A stretch of 63,359 bases of DNA, filler included, from Cercozoa sp. M6MM (taxonomy: Eukaryota; Protista; Endomyxa: Ascetosporea), in NCBI GenBank assembly GCA_040357565.1. It is 12 parts of 12 records of this genome, joined end to end, with 100 filler letters (N's around TTAATTAATTAA, not from the genome) between each part and the next. Parts side by side here need not be neighbours in the genome. Positions count along the whole stretch, not along the records: positions 38,391 to 48,748 come from JBDODJ010000450.1; positions 48,849 to 62,090 come from JBDODJ010000362.1; 10 more parts are not named here. One strand, 5' to 3'. How positions within the stretch are numbered: the first letter of the stretch is position 1; each line of letters begins with the position of its first letter. The translations under genes and the position numbers were made by a program. Positions 39,905-54,200 of the stretch are shown in pieces. Below the pieces are notes generated by a model. The model had not been told where the DNA came from. It saw only the letters and a program-made list of their open reading frames with translations, and made no database searches.

Positions 39905-41589
39905 CAAAAGCCGTGTGATGGAATGATCGAGAGAGAGCGTGCGACGACAGTGATTGCCGGTTTCCCGCTCGGCAGGTCCGGCCCGCTGCGCGAGCAGGAC
40001 GAGCTGCTCTACGTCAACAATGTGCTTGTGCACGACGTGGAGACGCCCAGTGTTGCGCTGCGACTGCGCAGAGAGTTCGCGCGGCAGCCTACCGTCTGCT
40101 TCGTTTTTCGACGCACCAAGCAAAAACGAGTGTATGCTGGCACGCTTCGGTTTCCGGTGTCACAGGTTTGAGTGTATGTGTGAGTAGGGCCATTTTAAGG
40201 TGGGTTTGGTACCGTGAGCTGCACGACACCGTGGACATTGGCGTTCGATCCAACACTGGTCCCCCGAGCATGCCTTCAAGAACAGTGCCTCTCGGCTTGT
40301 CTCCACTCGCATCGGATTTCGAGTGTGTTGTTGTGTCTCACTGTATTTCTAGGGGGTAGCATAGCCTTGTAATACTAATTTTTGTGGTGTCTTGTGCTGT
40401 TGCAGGTTGAGACGCATGGCGAGGCTTAGCCAAACGTCAGCGATTGGCTTGCTCTTCAAGCTCGCGCAGCCGATGCCGACCCGTCCGTTGGAAAGCAGCG
40501 TCGAGATGCTACCGTATCTGTCTCAACATAGCACAGGTTGGCCGACAGATGTAGTGCGTAACGTATGTAGGTTTAACGAGATCGCTCGTATTTACGCTCA
40601 AAAAGGTGCAGTCTTCACATGTTGTTGCATGTTGCTTCCTCTTATGTTTTCCGGATGTGATCAGAGTGGACTGGAATGGTTGTCACGAATGTTTCCACTA
40701 CGAGCAAGCTGCGTGCCTTACGCCGGCACGATCTGCTTGTCGCTGCTTGTTTGATTATCAACAAAAATAATCGCAAAGCGACAAAACTGTGCACTTTCTC
40801 GCCGGTTTTGAGTCAGTGAGTTTTCTTTCTCTGAATTTAAAACAAAACGGGTGGTATCCTTACTTTAATTTTTCTGTTCGACCTTGCGCAGGAGCATTCA
40901 ACATGTCGAAATCAACGGCGACAAACTACTCCGCACAATGCTGTTCGACGACGCAGAGTCATCCAAGAGGTAGAAGCTGTCTGTGGGCCTGTGTGCGTCA
41001 GTGTGAATGTGTGCGCGCGCGTGTGTGTGTGTGTGTGTGTGCAGAATACAACGGACCGTGTCCAATCGATTCAGGAGTTTCATGTCTGGATGCACAAAAC
41101 TCGACAGCGAGGTGCACTTGCAACTTTTTGTTCGGCGTCTCGTGCCGAAACGAGTATCCACGAACCCTCAGGTGCAGCATCTCTGTTTGTTAGCTTCTGG
41201 CCTTTGGACACCATAGTAATGATTATTTGGAATGTTGCAGACCGAATTGGGGGAGTTGCTGAAGGCCAAGGACTGTGATGACTGGAAACTACTCCTGCTG
41301 GAAGTGAGTATCCCTCCACTTACTGAAAGATTCGATCTCAGTGCCTACCCAGTTTTGAAAATTCGTATGCTTTCTTCTTTATGGGTGTTCTGTGTGTATA
41401 ATCGTTTTGTATGTTACTGCAGTGCCCGATTCGCCTTCATCGCTCAAGAACATGAGCATGGCGACTTCTTCAAATAGCAGCAGCAGTGAGGACTCTGAAC
41501 CACTTTTTGAACGGCGGTCTCGAGCACGTAATTCGACTCCCGACTTGTTTACGCGGCCTCCAGATGCCAAACGCCAACGCCAGCGTTAA
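39905..41589 (+). CDS. PDZ-domain-containing protein, 5' part missing, downstream exon linkage uncertain
   Basis: TVIAGFPLGRSGPLREQDELLYVNNVLVHDVETPSVALRL fits the PDZ betaC-alphaB pattern. Later exons end in PPDAKRQRQR*. Confidence 0.5.
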
Positions 41590-42139
41590 TTATACTAGCG
41601 TACGGTAGCATCCAAACGACGGTCGTGTTACGGCATAGCGATTCGATTATTTTGGATTGGATTTGACGTTTGCTTGGTGCAAATGCTTCCCCTGGGAGTA
41701 TCCCTGCACCAAACGCACGTTTCCTACGCAGGGTCTCAGTAAACTCCCTTCAATAGAACTATACGCACTGTGTGTTCATTTGTTGGATACTCTCTCGTTC
41801 ATGAGTTTGTCCAGTAGCTTGCCGAAGCATGGCAGCAGTGAGATGGGTCGGTGACGCTGCCTTCGTACAGTCTTTGCCAGGCTTGGGTAGTATCACTACA
41901 GACGAATTTTTCGGAACTTTTTTCGAAATTGCTGAATCAAAACGCACTAAACCGCCGATTCGAGCTTACTAATAGTGACAAAATACTGTTATAACAACAG
42001 GGCATACAGTGGTACATCTAATAAAAGTGTTGACTGCAGCTTGTGCTCGTCCATTGTCCATAGCTTTGGTGCCTGTTGCGATGTTTTGCCTGACGTTGTA
42101 ACTTTCGTTTCTTGGTGCACTGACTAAATTCATTTTCGT

Positions 42140-43900
42140 TTAGTTCGCGCCGCCGGTTCAATTGGGCTTCGCGCATCGTCCCTCGCACCGCACTGCCGGC
42201 GGCATCCTACTCGGCGGAAGTCAGTTGACACGTACTGCAGCAGCGTCGAACCTATCCAGTGCCGCAGCATGCACGCGCGCCGCCTCTGATGTTTTCTGCG
42301 CCGAATATGCGTATGGGGCTACTCAAAGCACAAAAGCAGCCGCGCAAGCGGCAACACAGAATTGTAATACAGCGGCTTCGAGAAGCGCAGGCGGTAATTC
42401 GGATGCATTGTCCGGTGCGTGTCGCAGACACACGAATGCGTTGCTGGCCGCTTCGTTAGTGACCTAAAGTAAGCGAACAGCATGTAAAAGGCAGATTAAT
42501 AGGATGGTGGCAGCGCAACATACAATCGGCAAGCCTTCCTCTTGTCGGAGCTCACATGCATCCTTCAGGTAGCGCACGGCGTCTTGGTACTGTGCAAATC
42601 ACATTTTGTGCGTGCATATGTGCCAACATGCAAGCACGCACATGGTACCTTTGCAAGTCGCATATGAACGCAAGCGAGTAGCTGCAGCAGCGTACTGGAC
42701 GGACCATAGGACTCGAGCAGCAAGCGAAGATTCGACAACGCTTCCTCAAGGTTTTGTTCCGACTCCTACGGAATGGCATTCATACATACATCATTGTGAG
42801 CGCGTACAAAGTCGACGGGAAAGAGCACATACAGTCATCGTGGCGATCCACACAGAAGCAAGAACGGTCGCAGCGTCATCTTCGTCAATTTTTTGCAGTT
42901 CCTGCGCATGCGAGAATCCAATGCGGGTCTTCATTTTTAAAGTGCCAGGGTTTGTTCAAGGCAGCACCTTCAGAATAGCTTTGGCCAAATCGACGCGACG
43001 CAACTGCAGCAAAAATTGCGTTCGAAGTGCTAGCGCACTTGCACTCTTACCTGACATCATGTAAGTGGTTGGGTACACCTGCAGAAGGTAATTCAGTACA
43101 CTTGGACAGCAGCCGCAGCGATGTTTTAAGGTCGCCCAACTCGCGGAGGGTAAGTGCGGCACAGAGCAAGAATTGTTCGGATTCTTCTCTAAACAACACA
43201 TTTATCTCGCTTTGTACAAATCACGCGCAACAGCACAGCATGTGGAAAAACGGTACTGTGATTCGACAATGTTTTGCAGCTGTGCCAGCATTTGCGAGTG
43301 CATCGCCTGAGGTCATAGTATTGGAAGGATGCACGTATAAGCGTTAAACTTAATCAATATTGGGTACCGGGTCGTTTCGCGCACGCGCCAGTGCGAGCAT
43401 TTTGAGGCATTGCAAAGCGGGAGGTGCGTCGTTCGCCACGCTGGCAAAAACCTGTCAGCCACACATTAATCATTATCGATAGTTTAAGGCCAACATAGCT
43501 ACCATTTGATACTGCTCAGTTGTAGCTGCTTGAGCCAGCTGAGCACGAATGCAAAAGACCTACACGCAAAAAAAAAAACTTAAACATGGGTGTCCAAAGG
43601 TATCTATAGTTAATATGGTACTCGCAGAGCGATTCTCTCTTCGGGCGCAACATCGCTTAGAGCGGTGGCTTCACGCGACACCCGACCAAAGTGGCCGAGG
43701 AGGAAGGCTTGTCTCAAACCGGCAAAATCGTCTGATTGCATGATGTGTTGACGGCCTGCGCAGCCGGGCAACAATTATGATTCAAAACCTTCCACAACGC
43801 AGCCTTTCTGTCAGTGGGTGCTCACAGCAAGTTTACACAGTAGCAAGTGACTCTGGCTTTCTCTGCGGCTAAAATGGCACGATGGCAAAAGCCTACTGTA
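42140..43900 (-). CDS. Hypothetical multi-exon protein
   Basis: Helical-looking exons such as KSASALALRTQFLLQLRRVDLAKAILKV are flanked by splice sites. No family was recognised. Confidence 0.35.
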
Positions 43901-44617
43901 CAATATTTTGTGATTTTTTGTAGCCACTTTCCAGAGGTCGCAAGCCCAAATCAATGGCGCGCCCCTTTAACCACTCGTTTTTTGTTTTTGAGTCGAAAAA
44001 GTGCAAGTAGTTAGACAAGGGTTTCACATGTAATACACTAAATTGGTTACACGTGTAAAGCTGGCATCCTCATCGCTGTCTTCAACAGGAGTCGAGATAA
44101 GAACGACAGAGGGTTGAAAGAACGTCTCATATTTCTGCGTCGCGTTGCGGAGCTCTCACTTCGCACTCATCCTCCGCATCAATGCAAGCGATGATTTCGG
44201 CGATGCGTCGACCAGCTTCGGAAATGCCAGCTAGGGATTGCCGCAAAGCGGCAATGTGCTGGACTCTAACACTGAAGCATCGCCAGCATGCTTCGCACTG
44301 GCACCGACACAGAAGAAGGTCGTCTCAAAAACACGCAGATTCTCGAGAAATGGTGCAGCTTCCTGCGGATTCGTGATCAGATGTATCGTAGTTGCCGTTT
44401 GACGTCGCTTGAGCAGCAGTCAGGCGCGATCCAGAAACAGGACGGCGGCTCAGTCTTCAAGCATGTCACAACGAGAGTCTCCCTCGCACCACTGTTTTAT
44501 TCTTTTTCGGGTACACCTGGACGTCTGAACCGTCCGCGCGGACGTCGTCGAAAACGCAAGTTTTGACTATCATTTTGCCTCCTCCCACACGCACAGTAAC
44601 GCTCGAGCTGAAGAAAA

Positions 44618-46655
44618 TGACTGTAAGACCAGGCGCAACGGAGAGTCGACTTCGCTCGCTGACAGGCGAGAGCTTGCTTCCTTCATACCTTTCAGTATTA
44701 GTCAAAACTGATTTGTTGCAGTTTACTTGCTGACAACGAACGGAATTTACCTGCTTAGGTCGTTCTTGGGTGCGAGCAGCTGTACATCTTGGACCAGCGA
44801 CTTGGGGCACAATCAGGTGCTTTTAAATTTACTTTCCAATATTAGTCAGTGCTTGCCCTCCCCTCCCCCGACACCTGTTACCCCCCCCCCCGCCTTTTCC
44901 AGTTTCCCCGAAAAAGTGCCTTCGCGTTCTTGATGAGATCGTGACAGCACTGTTCGGTCCTCCTCTGATTGATGCATTGTGCAATTTGAGTTGGTACCTT
45001 TCGACCTGCTGAATGATTCGCACGCTGTTTTTCTTGACCCACTACCGAGCCAGGTACCCAACGACTACGGATGCGCCGATTTCGGGTGGCATTCTTACCA
45101 ACGGCGCAATGCAGCGCTTTCTGGTATTTTAATCCTACTGTGTTCAGTTTGCCGTATTCTCTATTGGATATCCACAAAATTCGTCGATTTATTATCACGG
45201 CAGCAAACGACGGCACACGCTTCCATTATGAGACTAAACAACACTTCGATGGCCAAGCTAGTCGACTTGGTCTACACGGGAGTGAAGTGGCAAATGTTGC
45301 AGTGCCACCACCCAACCGACTTGTTTCAGCTAATGTCCAATCACGTGAGCGCTGTCGTAGCGCTCGCTCGTGCCGCAGAATTTCAGGTGTCACACTCACA
45401 AGAACAAAGCGACAGTACTAATCATCACGCTTCTGCACTTGCATGTCGAGCTCGTGAGGTACTAAGTTTAGAGTACTCTAGTTTTGTGTGATCAAGTTTC
45501 CTTGCTCGCAGCGGCTTGGGCGCGCATTTGGACAACTTTCAAACTATCAGTGGCTGTCACTCCAACGCGCGGCCGTCGCATTTTTTTCACGGCGTCGAGT
45601 GAAAGTGTCACTCCTACTTCGCTCGGGTAAACTCTCTACTGCGATTAGCCAAAATACGAACTACTCGTCTTGGTCAGGAAGACAACGCGAAGATGGCGTG
45701 TTCCCAATATCAATCCAGGCGTTGCCGCATGGGCTCGCTTGCACTGAGTTGTTGGTGCCCTACGGCTGTGTGATTGGACTGAAGTACCAGTCGAAAGAAG
45801 CAGGGGTCAAAGGCCAGACTGATTTAGAAGCGAAGGGACCGTTGTACATAGTTGTCGAACTCGTAGCTGCAAATTTTGCATCCTACGTAGGGGAAAATAT
45901 GCTGAAGAGCCAGCGATCACCGCAGCGCGATGCTCCAGGCACAGAAGAAGGTCCATTCATCGGCGACAAACCCATCGCAGAGGGGTTTGTGTTCGGAAAC
46001 CACGAATGTGAAGAAGAGTGCAAGAAAGCAAACGGTTTCTCCACGGCAGCACCGTTGAGCACACGCTACGATAATCGGCACTTTGCATTCGGTTCCAACA
46101 TGTACGCCAGAAACTTCGCATTTCCTCCCACGGAAAATGTGGTCCAAACAACGGCTTTACCTGACCCTGGCTTTTCCGTACATCGAAATTCTCTCTCCAA
46201 GGAGAACTGTGCTCGACTACTTGAAATCGATGTGGTATTTTATTACCAAAATTATGCCACAGTCAACAGCCGCGTGTTCGTTTTATCTGTAGGCACAAGG
46301 GGAGAACTTAACGAATGATCTCGATCAACTCGCGTGCATACTTGGAGCTGAGTTGAACGACGAAGAAGACAGTGAGTTCGACGTCGATATGTTTGACAAC
46401 GATAGTGGCGACACTGAAATCGATTCGCGCTCCGGCTCTCTCATGGATAAATTTACTTCGCCGCGACGAGCGCTCGGTATATTGCCTACAGTTCGTAAGG
46501 CTGAAGTGGTAACCCAGCTCGAGACGCCGGCACAACGCTCATCTAAGCAGTGCAACAATCAAAAACCTTCGCTGCCGACGGCGCAAGCTCCAAGTCGCAA
46601 CGGAATTGAAGACATCATCGACGAATTGTTTGAGCAGAATTCGCACCGCCACTGA
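44618..46655 (+). CDS. OSCP1: OSCP1/NOR1 family protein
   Basis: Motifs include GCEQLYILDQRLGAQ, RVLDEIVTALF, AHASIMRLNNTSMAKLVDLVYTGVKWQMLQC and FFSRRRVKVSLLLRSGRQREDGVF. The start is uncertain. Confidence 0.88.
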
Positions 46656-46695
46656 CACCGCCGATAGCAAATGTAAATCTTACTTAGTTTTAGTT

Positions 46696-47573
46696 TTAAA
46701 TTAAATTGCGGCCAAACTTAAGATCCGGCTGTTGATCGGCGACTAGATCGAGAAAACGGCCCGGGGGATCACGGAACAAAACTTCGGCTTGTCGTTGCAA
46801 GACTTTCCATGCACGACTACATCGCCACCATGCATGTTTGACCCAATGTTTGCATACCATAAAAAGTACCATCGCCACGAGAAAAGGCATGATGATATAC
46901 ATGGTGTTGAGCAGGCCAAACACCAGATAGAGGCACCACTTTGATGCCTTCGCCGGTACTCCCTACAGCAGTACTTTTTTTATGATACACTGAAGGGGGC
47001 GGGGGATACAACACTGCAAAAAGAATAGTTTTAAAGAACTGAAGCGATACCACTCGAGAAAACCGTCGCAGCATCGATAATTGGTACCACAGCGTCTTCC
47101 AGCACTGGCCAATGTTGACTATCGTCAGCATCATCATCGTTGTCACATGTTGCATTTGTGGCACAAGCAGAGCAGCGAAAATGACGAGTGCCTCAAGCAC
47201 ATTGAGTGCTTCCATTGCAACCACCTCATCGTGAGACACATCAAGGTAGGTAGGATCCACTTTGGAGTAGATGTGCAGAGCTCCAAACAGCCAGCCGAAT
47301 TTGCCTGTCACACAGTATATTTATCTTTAGAGTCCGAAGCAAACATCGCGATGCCAAACTTATACCCTTTGGCAAGGTGCCATACTGACGTCCAAAGATG
47401 AAGGCGGCCTCAAACAGAACTGACACGGCCGAGAAGAGCAACCTACAAACCCCCACAATGGACTTGTAATTCCTCTGAACACACATTGTTCCATAAAAAT
47501 ACCACATGATTGCCCATGCCGGCAAATCAACGGTTTCGACGGACTGGCCAGCCGGGAACTTGGGACCGCTCAT
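46696..47573 (-). CDS. EXPERA/emopamil-binding-protein-like multi-pass membrane protein
   Basis: Motifs include VLFEAAF, YSKVDPTY..VVAMEALN, IGQCWKTLWY and FGLLNTMYIIMP, with about 4-5 TM helices. Confidence 0.7.
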
Positions 47574-47780
47574 CCGAAAGGGTTAGCAGACGGTGATTTC
47601 CAGCAGAGTGTCGTGTTTGTTACTTTATTGCACTACTGCCAGTGTACAATACAATATAAAAGTTTGTACATCATGAGGAGGTATTTTTATTAATATTATT
47701 TGTTTCTTTTTATTTGTTTTACAGTACAATCCGTGTTGACTAAGCACTTGTGTGGGTGTTGTGTGCACCAAGTGTGTGCT

Positions 47781-48570
47781 ATGGTAGTGCCCACCAGGAC
47801 GGCAGTGGACAAGGATCCACTAGCCCTCTACATAGATTACCTCGAGACCGATCACAACACGGTCGACGTCCGGGAGGATCGCATCTGCAGGTACGTCAGT
47901 TTTCTGGTTCGCTTCAGTATCCGTACCACCCAATACCTGAGCAGTGTGATCGTTCGCGCGGCTGTATCTCGTTTTGACTACTCTGCGTGTCCGCGCGCAC
48001 TGCGAGCGGCGGATGAGCGGTTTCGTGCGACGCTGCGTGTGCACCGGCCTGACGATGCTTCCACAGGTGTCACTGGTCTTTCGTATTAAGAAAGGTGTCG
48101 TATGGTGCACATGAGACTCACGTTAACACTGTAGAGACGGACTTCCGGGCGACGCTGGTGCAGCAGCACTTGTGCGAGGTGTTTGCGCAAGAGGATCACC
48201 CGCTGGCGCGCCTGCTCAAGGCGTTTCGCAACTTGTACGAAGCGCAGTTTTCTGTACCGACGGCTACACGGCACGCCATGCAGGTTTTTCTCTCTCTTTG
48301 CCCCGTTTGTTCCTGGCTGCACTATCTGCACTATCTGACGCCCTGTGCACTTTCCCACAGAGTCAGTTGCTCCAACTCGCAAGCGACGAAGAACACCGGC
48401 AGATGGACGAACTAAACAATGTACACTGTAGAGCAACACAACCCTACCAGTCTTTTGTGTGCTGACTTTGTTACGCACAGATTCAGCTCGAGAAATCCGC
48501 TGGTCCCACTCCTCGACGTGAGACGCGAAAAGAAAGGAAACAGAAGATTCGCGCGGCCGAGCAACTGTAA
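47781..48570 (+). CDS. Hypothetical protein, 3' truncated
   Basis: Spliced exons include VQQHLCEVFAQEDHPLARLLKAFRNLY, weakly reminiscent of the helical region preceding VPS9 domains. Confidence 0.45.
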
Positions 48571-48848
48571 AACTTGATCACTCTCTGTGTTCTCTCTCTT
48601 GGTGACGAAACACATCCACTCGGACGTGTAGACAAGCGTGTGTGGACGCTTTGCAGAACTCGTGTTTCGAAGCGTCGCGCTGCACGCGTCTTTTTGTGCG
48701 TCGCGTCGTCTCTATTGTGCTACCACATGCATATATATATATATATATNNNNNNNNNNNNNNNNNNNNNNNNNNNNNNNNNNNNNNNNNNNNTTAATTAA
48801 TTAANNNNNNNNNNNNNNNNNNNNNNNNNNNNNNNNNNNNNNNNNNNN

Positions 48849-48900
<52 letters not shown>

Positions 48901-48969
48901 ACACACAGGCACACACACACGCACAGCAGAATACAGCAAGACAAAGTAGGGACAGAGGAGGTGTTCGGT

Positions 48970-50851
48970 CTTACCGATGCGTCGCACTTGAAAGCTGCCG
49001 GTCGACAGCCGTCTCCGTTGCTGCACATACAAGAAGTGCATGGGGGGGGGTAGGGGTAGGGGGTAAAGGGGGTAAAGACGCAGAGTACTTGCACGAGGAG
49101 AAGTCGAGCACTTTGCCAGTGGTGCCGTCGACGCACCGGAAGTCCCACAGCGAGGCGCAAACAAGGTCGTCCAGCGTGACGCCCTGTGCTAGTGTCACGA
49201 GGTCCGAGAAGTCTCGCCAGTCGCCGCATACGTTGCTGTTTTGCTCTGTGTCCGCGAGGATGTAGTGGTCAAGTATATGCCAAGTATAGGAACAAATGAG
49301 TTTATACCAACAGCTTGACAGACGCCCTGTCTGGTCGCTGGAGCTTGCGTCGTTGTCGTTGTTCCGTCGCCTGCAGTCGGTACACATAAATAATACACGT
49401 ATAGTATCTATACCGACATACATAGTTTTGTTAATAGCATAGGGAGATTACCTCCTCCTGGAGAAGGAGTGGGTGTGCCACCACACTCGCTGGCGTCGCA
49501 TTTGGTGGCCACGGCAGGACAGCCACTTCTGTGTATGACACGTACACGTACACATACATACGTACACATATACATATACATATATTTATACATCTATATT
49601 AAAACAATTTCTATGGTACTGAGTACCCACTGTTGCACATGCCATCTGCCGCAGGGCCTGACGGTCCCATGCACTGAACACCAACTCATTTACTCTCTGC
49701 ACTGACACTACTTGTGTGAGGAATCTACCTGACCAGGAGCCAGTCTCGAGCACACCAAATCAGCTTCCTATCACACAGATGTACGTACTTGTTTCCAGGG
49801 TATGAAATGGGAGAGAAAGAGCATACTGAAGTGCCATCTCCCAGAGTCAGTGTCGCTGCTGACGACGAACCCGACGACGACAAAAACGACCAATCGGCGC
49901 AGAAGGCGTGTGGTGTTGTTGTTGAGCACGTGTGTTGCTGTTGGTATAGTACCTTTCATACTCCCCAAACACAATCCTCAGGGAAAGTCAGCTGGTACTG
50001 CGTTTGCTGCCGTGGTCGTTGTCGTCGTTCCTGTGCTCCCTGAGCATTCATTGTCGCAATAATAAGATCAGCCGGGGACAGTGACTCTTTTCGAAACGGG
50101 TACCGGTACCAGCAGTCAGTTGTGCCGTGGTGCGGTAGACCACACACTCAGGATTCGGCACGTTCTGACACCCAGGGTACACGATTGCCTGCATCGTTAC
50201 GGTTCCTGTCTGTGCGGCCGGTGCGTTCCACGTCAGCACCAAGAAGTCTCTATCAGTTGCGGTCAAGTATACACTCAGTTGAACATCCAGGTTTCTGCAA
50301 GTCAGTACTCGAGTGTGGTATCGGCGTGCGTTAACGAAGTGCGAGCAGAAGCACAAGCGGGAGGTCCTGTGCCGGTATTCACGCAGAAAGAGTCAAATAG
50401 AATGAGAGAGACGAGCTGACTCGACATACCAAAGTGCAAATCCCCAGTTTGGTCCCAGGTGCCGATCGGAGTGCCCGAAGCGTCCACCGTCTGAATCACA
50501 AAGCCGCGAATCTGTCGCGGGTCGAGAGGACTCAACAATCCCACGACCACCTTATCGCCTAGAAAACCAAATCTTTCTTTCTTCTGCGGTAGTTCTAATG
50601 TATTGTGAAATTACCAGGGGCATACGTGGCAGGTGCGTCGATCGTGTAGTCGCCTGTCCCAGTTCCGACCTGGACCCAGTTCATGGCGCCACTAACGCTT
50701 TGCAATGATGCCTGCAAGTGGCACACACATTCGCTCCAATTATACGATGCCGTTTTAAGAAACCGACCTGATCTGCATCACACAGACCGGTGCCGAAAGA
50801 ATACGCCGACACCGATGACGCCAAACCGAGCGCCAGCACCGACAGTTTCAT
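48970..50851 (-). CDS. Secreted Reeler-domain protein with Cys-rich modules and Thr linkers, 3' truncated
   Basis: The signal MKLSVLALGLASSVSA is followed by YSFGTGLC, YTIDAPATYAPG, IRGFVIQTVD..IGTW, SLTHAD and LTWNAPAAQTGTVTMQAIV. Confidence 0.82.
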
Positions 50852-51246
50852 CGCACACACCTGTCTCTGCAATCGCACGCTCTCTGAGTTACCCTCGACG
50901 CCTTACGCCCTCCGCAGTACGAGGCGTAACCGCGCGTTTTGTGCGCAGTGCGCGGAAAAACGCAATCAACTGCTGCAACAGGATTTTAAAATGCGCTTGG
51001 GAACTGACCACATTTTTTGTCCTCACTATTTGTCGAAGTGTTGTTCTCCATGACGCTGCATGGACTTTTTAGGCGCTGGACTACTACATCAAGTCGAGGA
51101 AGGTTTACGGTTGGACTGTACAGTAATTTGTTTTATTTTGCTCAGGCGCGCGGAAAGCCCCCGGGTGGAGACGAGCATTCAGTTGACTGGGCTGACAGCC
51201 AGACAAAACGAAAGCTAACGGAACCTAAGGATATGTGATCGACACG

Positions 51247-54200
51247 ATGCTTGGTGTAGTCTCTCAGTGGTGGAGTTTGTTGTTCGCCACCCTAGCCTTC
51301 TGTGTTTTGCGGCCCCTCAAAAGCCAAAAATGTCCGCACTTCCCTGAAACTCTCGTGCGCCATGCGCTATTCCCAGTCAATGAAAACATTGAACTGCGGA
51401 TCGGTGGAACGGGCTTATGGCTCTCTGAGGATATCAGTGTTGAAGTAGTTGCACTGATTCTTGAACAGGCTTTAGGTATAAGAAGACATCGCTTGACCGC
51501 GTTTGTTTTTACTGCTATCGACTTTAAATTTGTTGTGGGTTTTTAGGTTTTCGGGCTTTGAGAGTGGCGACAAATAAAGGTACTATGTATGTTGCTATTG
51601 TGATTTTCGACGGTGTAGAGCGCTTTACGTGTCGGCGTTCACAACAGAAAAATACACCTACCCCGACGGCACTTTTCTTCAAGTCGTAGAAGGGTTTTCT
51701 TTTTGAGCTAAGTTTAGTACCAGTATCCTGATGTGCACATGTGTTGTTTTGCGTAGGCACTATGACATAAACGTCGAGGCAAGATATCCTTGACGAAACT
51801 GAACTGAAGGCAAATTCAGCATTTTATGGTTTTCACCTTCATGTAGGCGTGGAGACAAGACAACCCTGGAAAGATACAGAAGTATGTCTTTGACGAAGGT
51901 ATGTAAATTTAATTCAGTTGTTTCTTGTCCTACAGACACCCACTTGTAAACTTAGATGTAATCAATTTTGCAGGCTTGTTGGAGATATCAACGCTGGTGC
52001 ACTAATTTCCCCTACTAAGTTTACAATTAAGAATCGCGTGCTTACTAAAGGGGTTTCTTGGCTCTAACGGTCTCTACTACCCAGCTCCTCTCGACGCAGA
52101 GTACCCGGAGATCTTTTTTGGTAGTGCTGCACAAATACTGAACACAATTCAGTTTGGAGTGGAGTTCATCGCACAGATCACTACCGAAGCTACATCCTCC
52201 ATCCAAACATCTCGAATCTGTTTGAACCAGATTCAATCTATCCAGGAGACCCAAGCAATTGTCCTGAGTCACTCGGTTGCATTGGAGGAAAATGGTATTT
52301 TAGAAGTTAGTGGTGGAAATATGAGGCATGGTTCTTGCAAGTCCGGTAGGTTTTCCCCTGCTTGCCGAATGAACGAAACAAGTTTAAACACAACAAATCC
52401 CAATAGCTACAATTGTATCCCTATCATTAGTAACGCCATTGGGTGGGAGGTACTGACTGTGTGTACGTAAAAACCAACTGAACCAGGAAACTGAAGTGTA
52501 TTCAATATAAACTATTCGCCGCCCTCGTTTGCGTGATTAGACCTGGTTCTCGCAGCTGGCCTACCGATACAATTTGAGTTTCTCAGTTATTCCTGTGAAG
52601 GATTATGACAAGTGGAGAAGTATTTTGTACGACGCGATAGAAAACAACAAAAGGTAAACACACACAGGCACTTTTTATTGCTCATATGATTCGCCCAGAA
52701 TTTTAACACCACTGTGGGAGCCGAATGAGGAAAGTTGCCCGTTTGTTGAACTTAATCTCTGCACAGGAGGTTGTAAGAAAATCAGTATTAATACTGAAAA
52801 TTACCCTGTAAATATAGATCACGCTTGGCTCCAACTATTTCAAGAGGATCAGCTTTCCCGAATTCACCCCGACATGCGCCGAAAAGTGGAACGCTAGTCT
52901 CCTCACCCCTCAATTAGGTAATGTAGTTTACGTTGCATCTTGATGTTCTTGTCACGAAACCCAAGAACGGTGACCTAAAGGAATCGATCACGCTATCGAC
53001 TGCGACTTTGAGCGGGCGCCGCTTTTCAAGCTATTTAGGGTTGATCTCAAGGATATCAGCGAAGTGGCGCACAGATTTCTCACAAACTACCAACTGACGA
53101 TCGAAGATTACAAATATTGGATGTCGAACCACGAGGTAACCTTGCCTTCTGTACATGTACCAACTGAAGCCACCGCTCCTGTGAAAATGCACTGATTCAG
53201 GACGGCGGAGGTAACATGACGACGCACGAGGTACAATACATGCACATCACCACTGAAGAAGTCAAACAATCGAACCCTTCTCTCCCCTTCGTGTTCAGGT
53301 CGCATGCAGCTACATTCGCATTTTCGAAAAGAAATTGAGCCAGTAAATTTACCTCCCGACTCTCGAGTTTCTCCCTACTTGTTCCGACATCGATGACACG
53401 TTCTATGATATCAGTGTGTTATCCTTTATCTCCACTCCTATGCTTTGCTTTATTGTGTCCGCGGACTCTTGTTTTTACAGTCAAAGAAAACCCGGGTTTG
53501 GCTCCGTTCGACGAGGGAACTCGGCGATACCTCATCGATTCTTGCTTCACACGAATGGTACATTTTCAAAATGCTTACGTGAGCCTTGTTCCTTAGAATA
53601 AAGGTATTCTACCGCAGGAAATAAACAAGGAAACAGAAGTGGTCGGGACGGTGTTGTTTGGTTGCGCTGGCTTGCTTTCGCTATTGGCAGCACTGTGGTT
53701 TTTTCTTAAGCGCAAAGAACGTCTCATCAAAGCTGCTTCGCCCAAGATGTCGCAGATTGTAAGTGCCTATGTTTACCTTCCGATCTGGACGTCTCTTTGA
53801 AGCGAAAAAATGTACCTGTCCGTAGCTTCTGTTTTCTTGTGCCATGTTGTCTGTGCAATGCTATCTGGTGACACGGTACTACTCTTCCTTGAGAATACCG
53901 AGATGTGAACACGACTCACCTTATAGGAAGAAAGAACAATGGGTGTGTGCTCTCTCTGAATGGATACCCAACATTGCCCTCATGGGTGTGGCAATGACCT
54001 TTGTCGGTAACCGCTCTGCCCATACCTAAATGAAAGCACCTGAAAGTATCTGGTGTTTCACATTCGCAGCAAAGAACAGCCGACTCGAGAAGATTTTTCT
54101 GCTGCGGGTACTGTACCAAAAGCTCGCTGCCATACAGAGGAATATAATTGAAAAAGTAGAGCTTGAAAATCGTCAGAATTTCGGATTTCAAGCTAATCAA

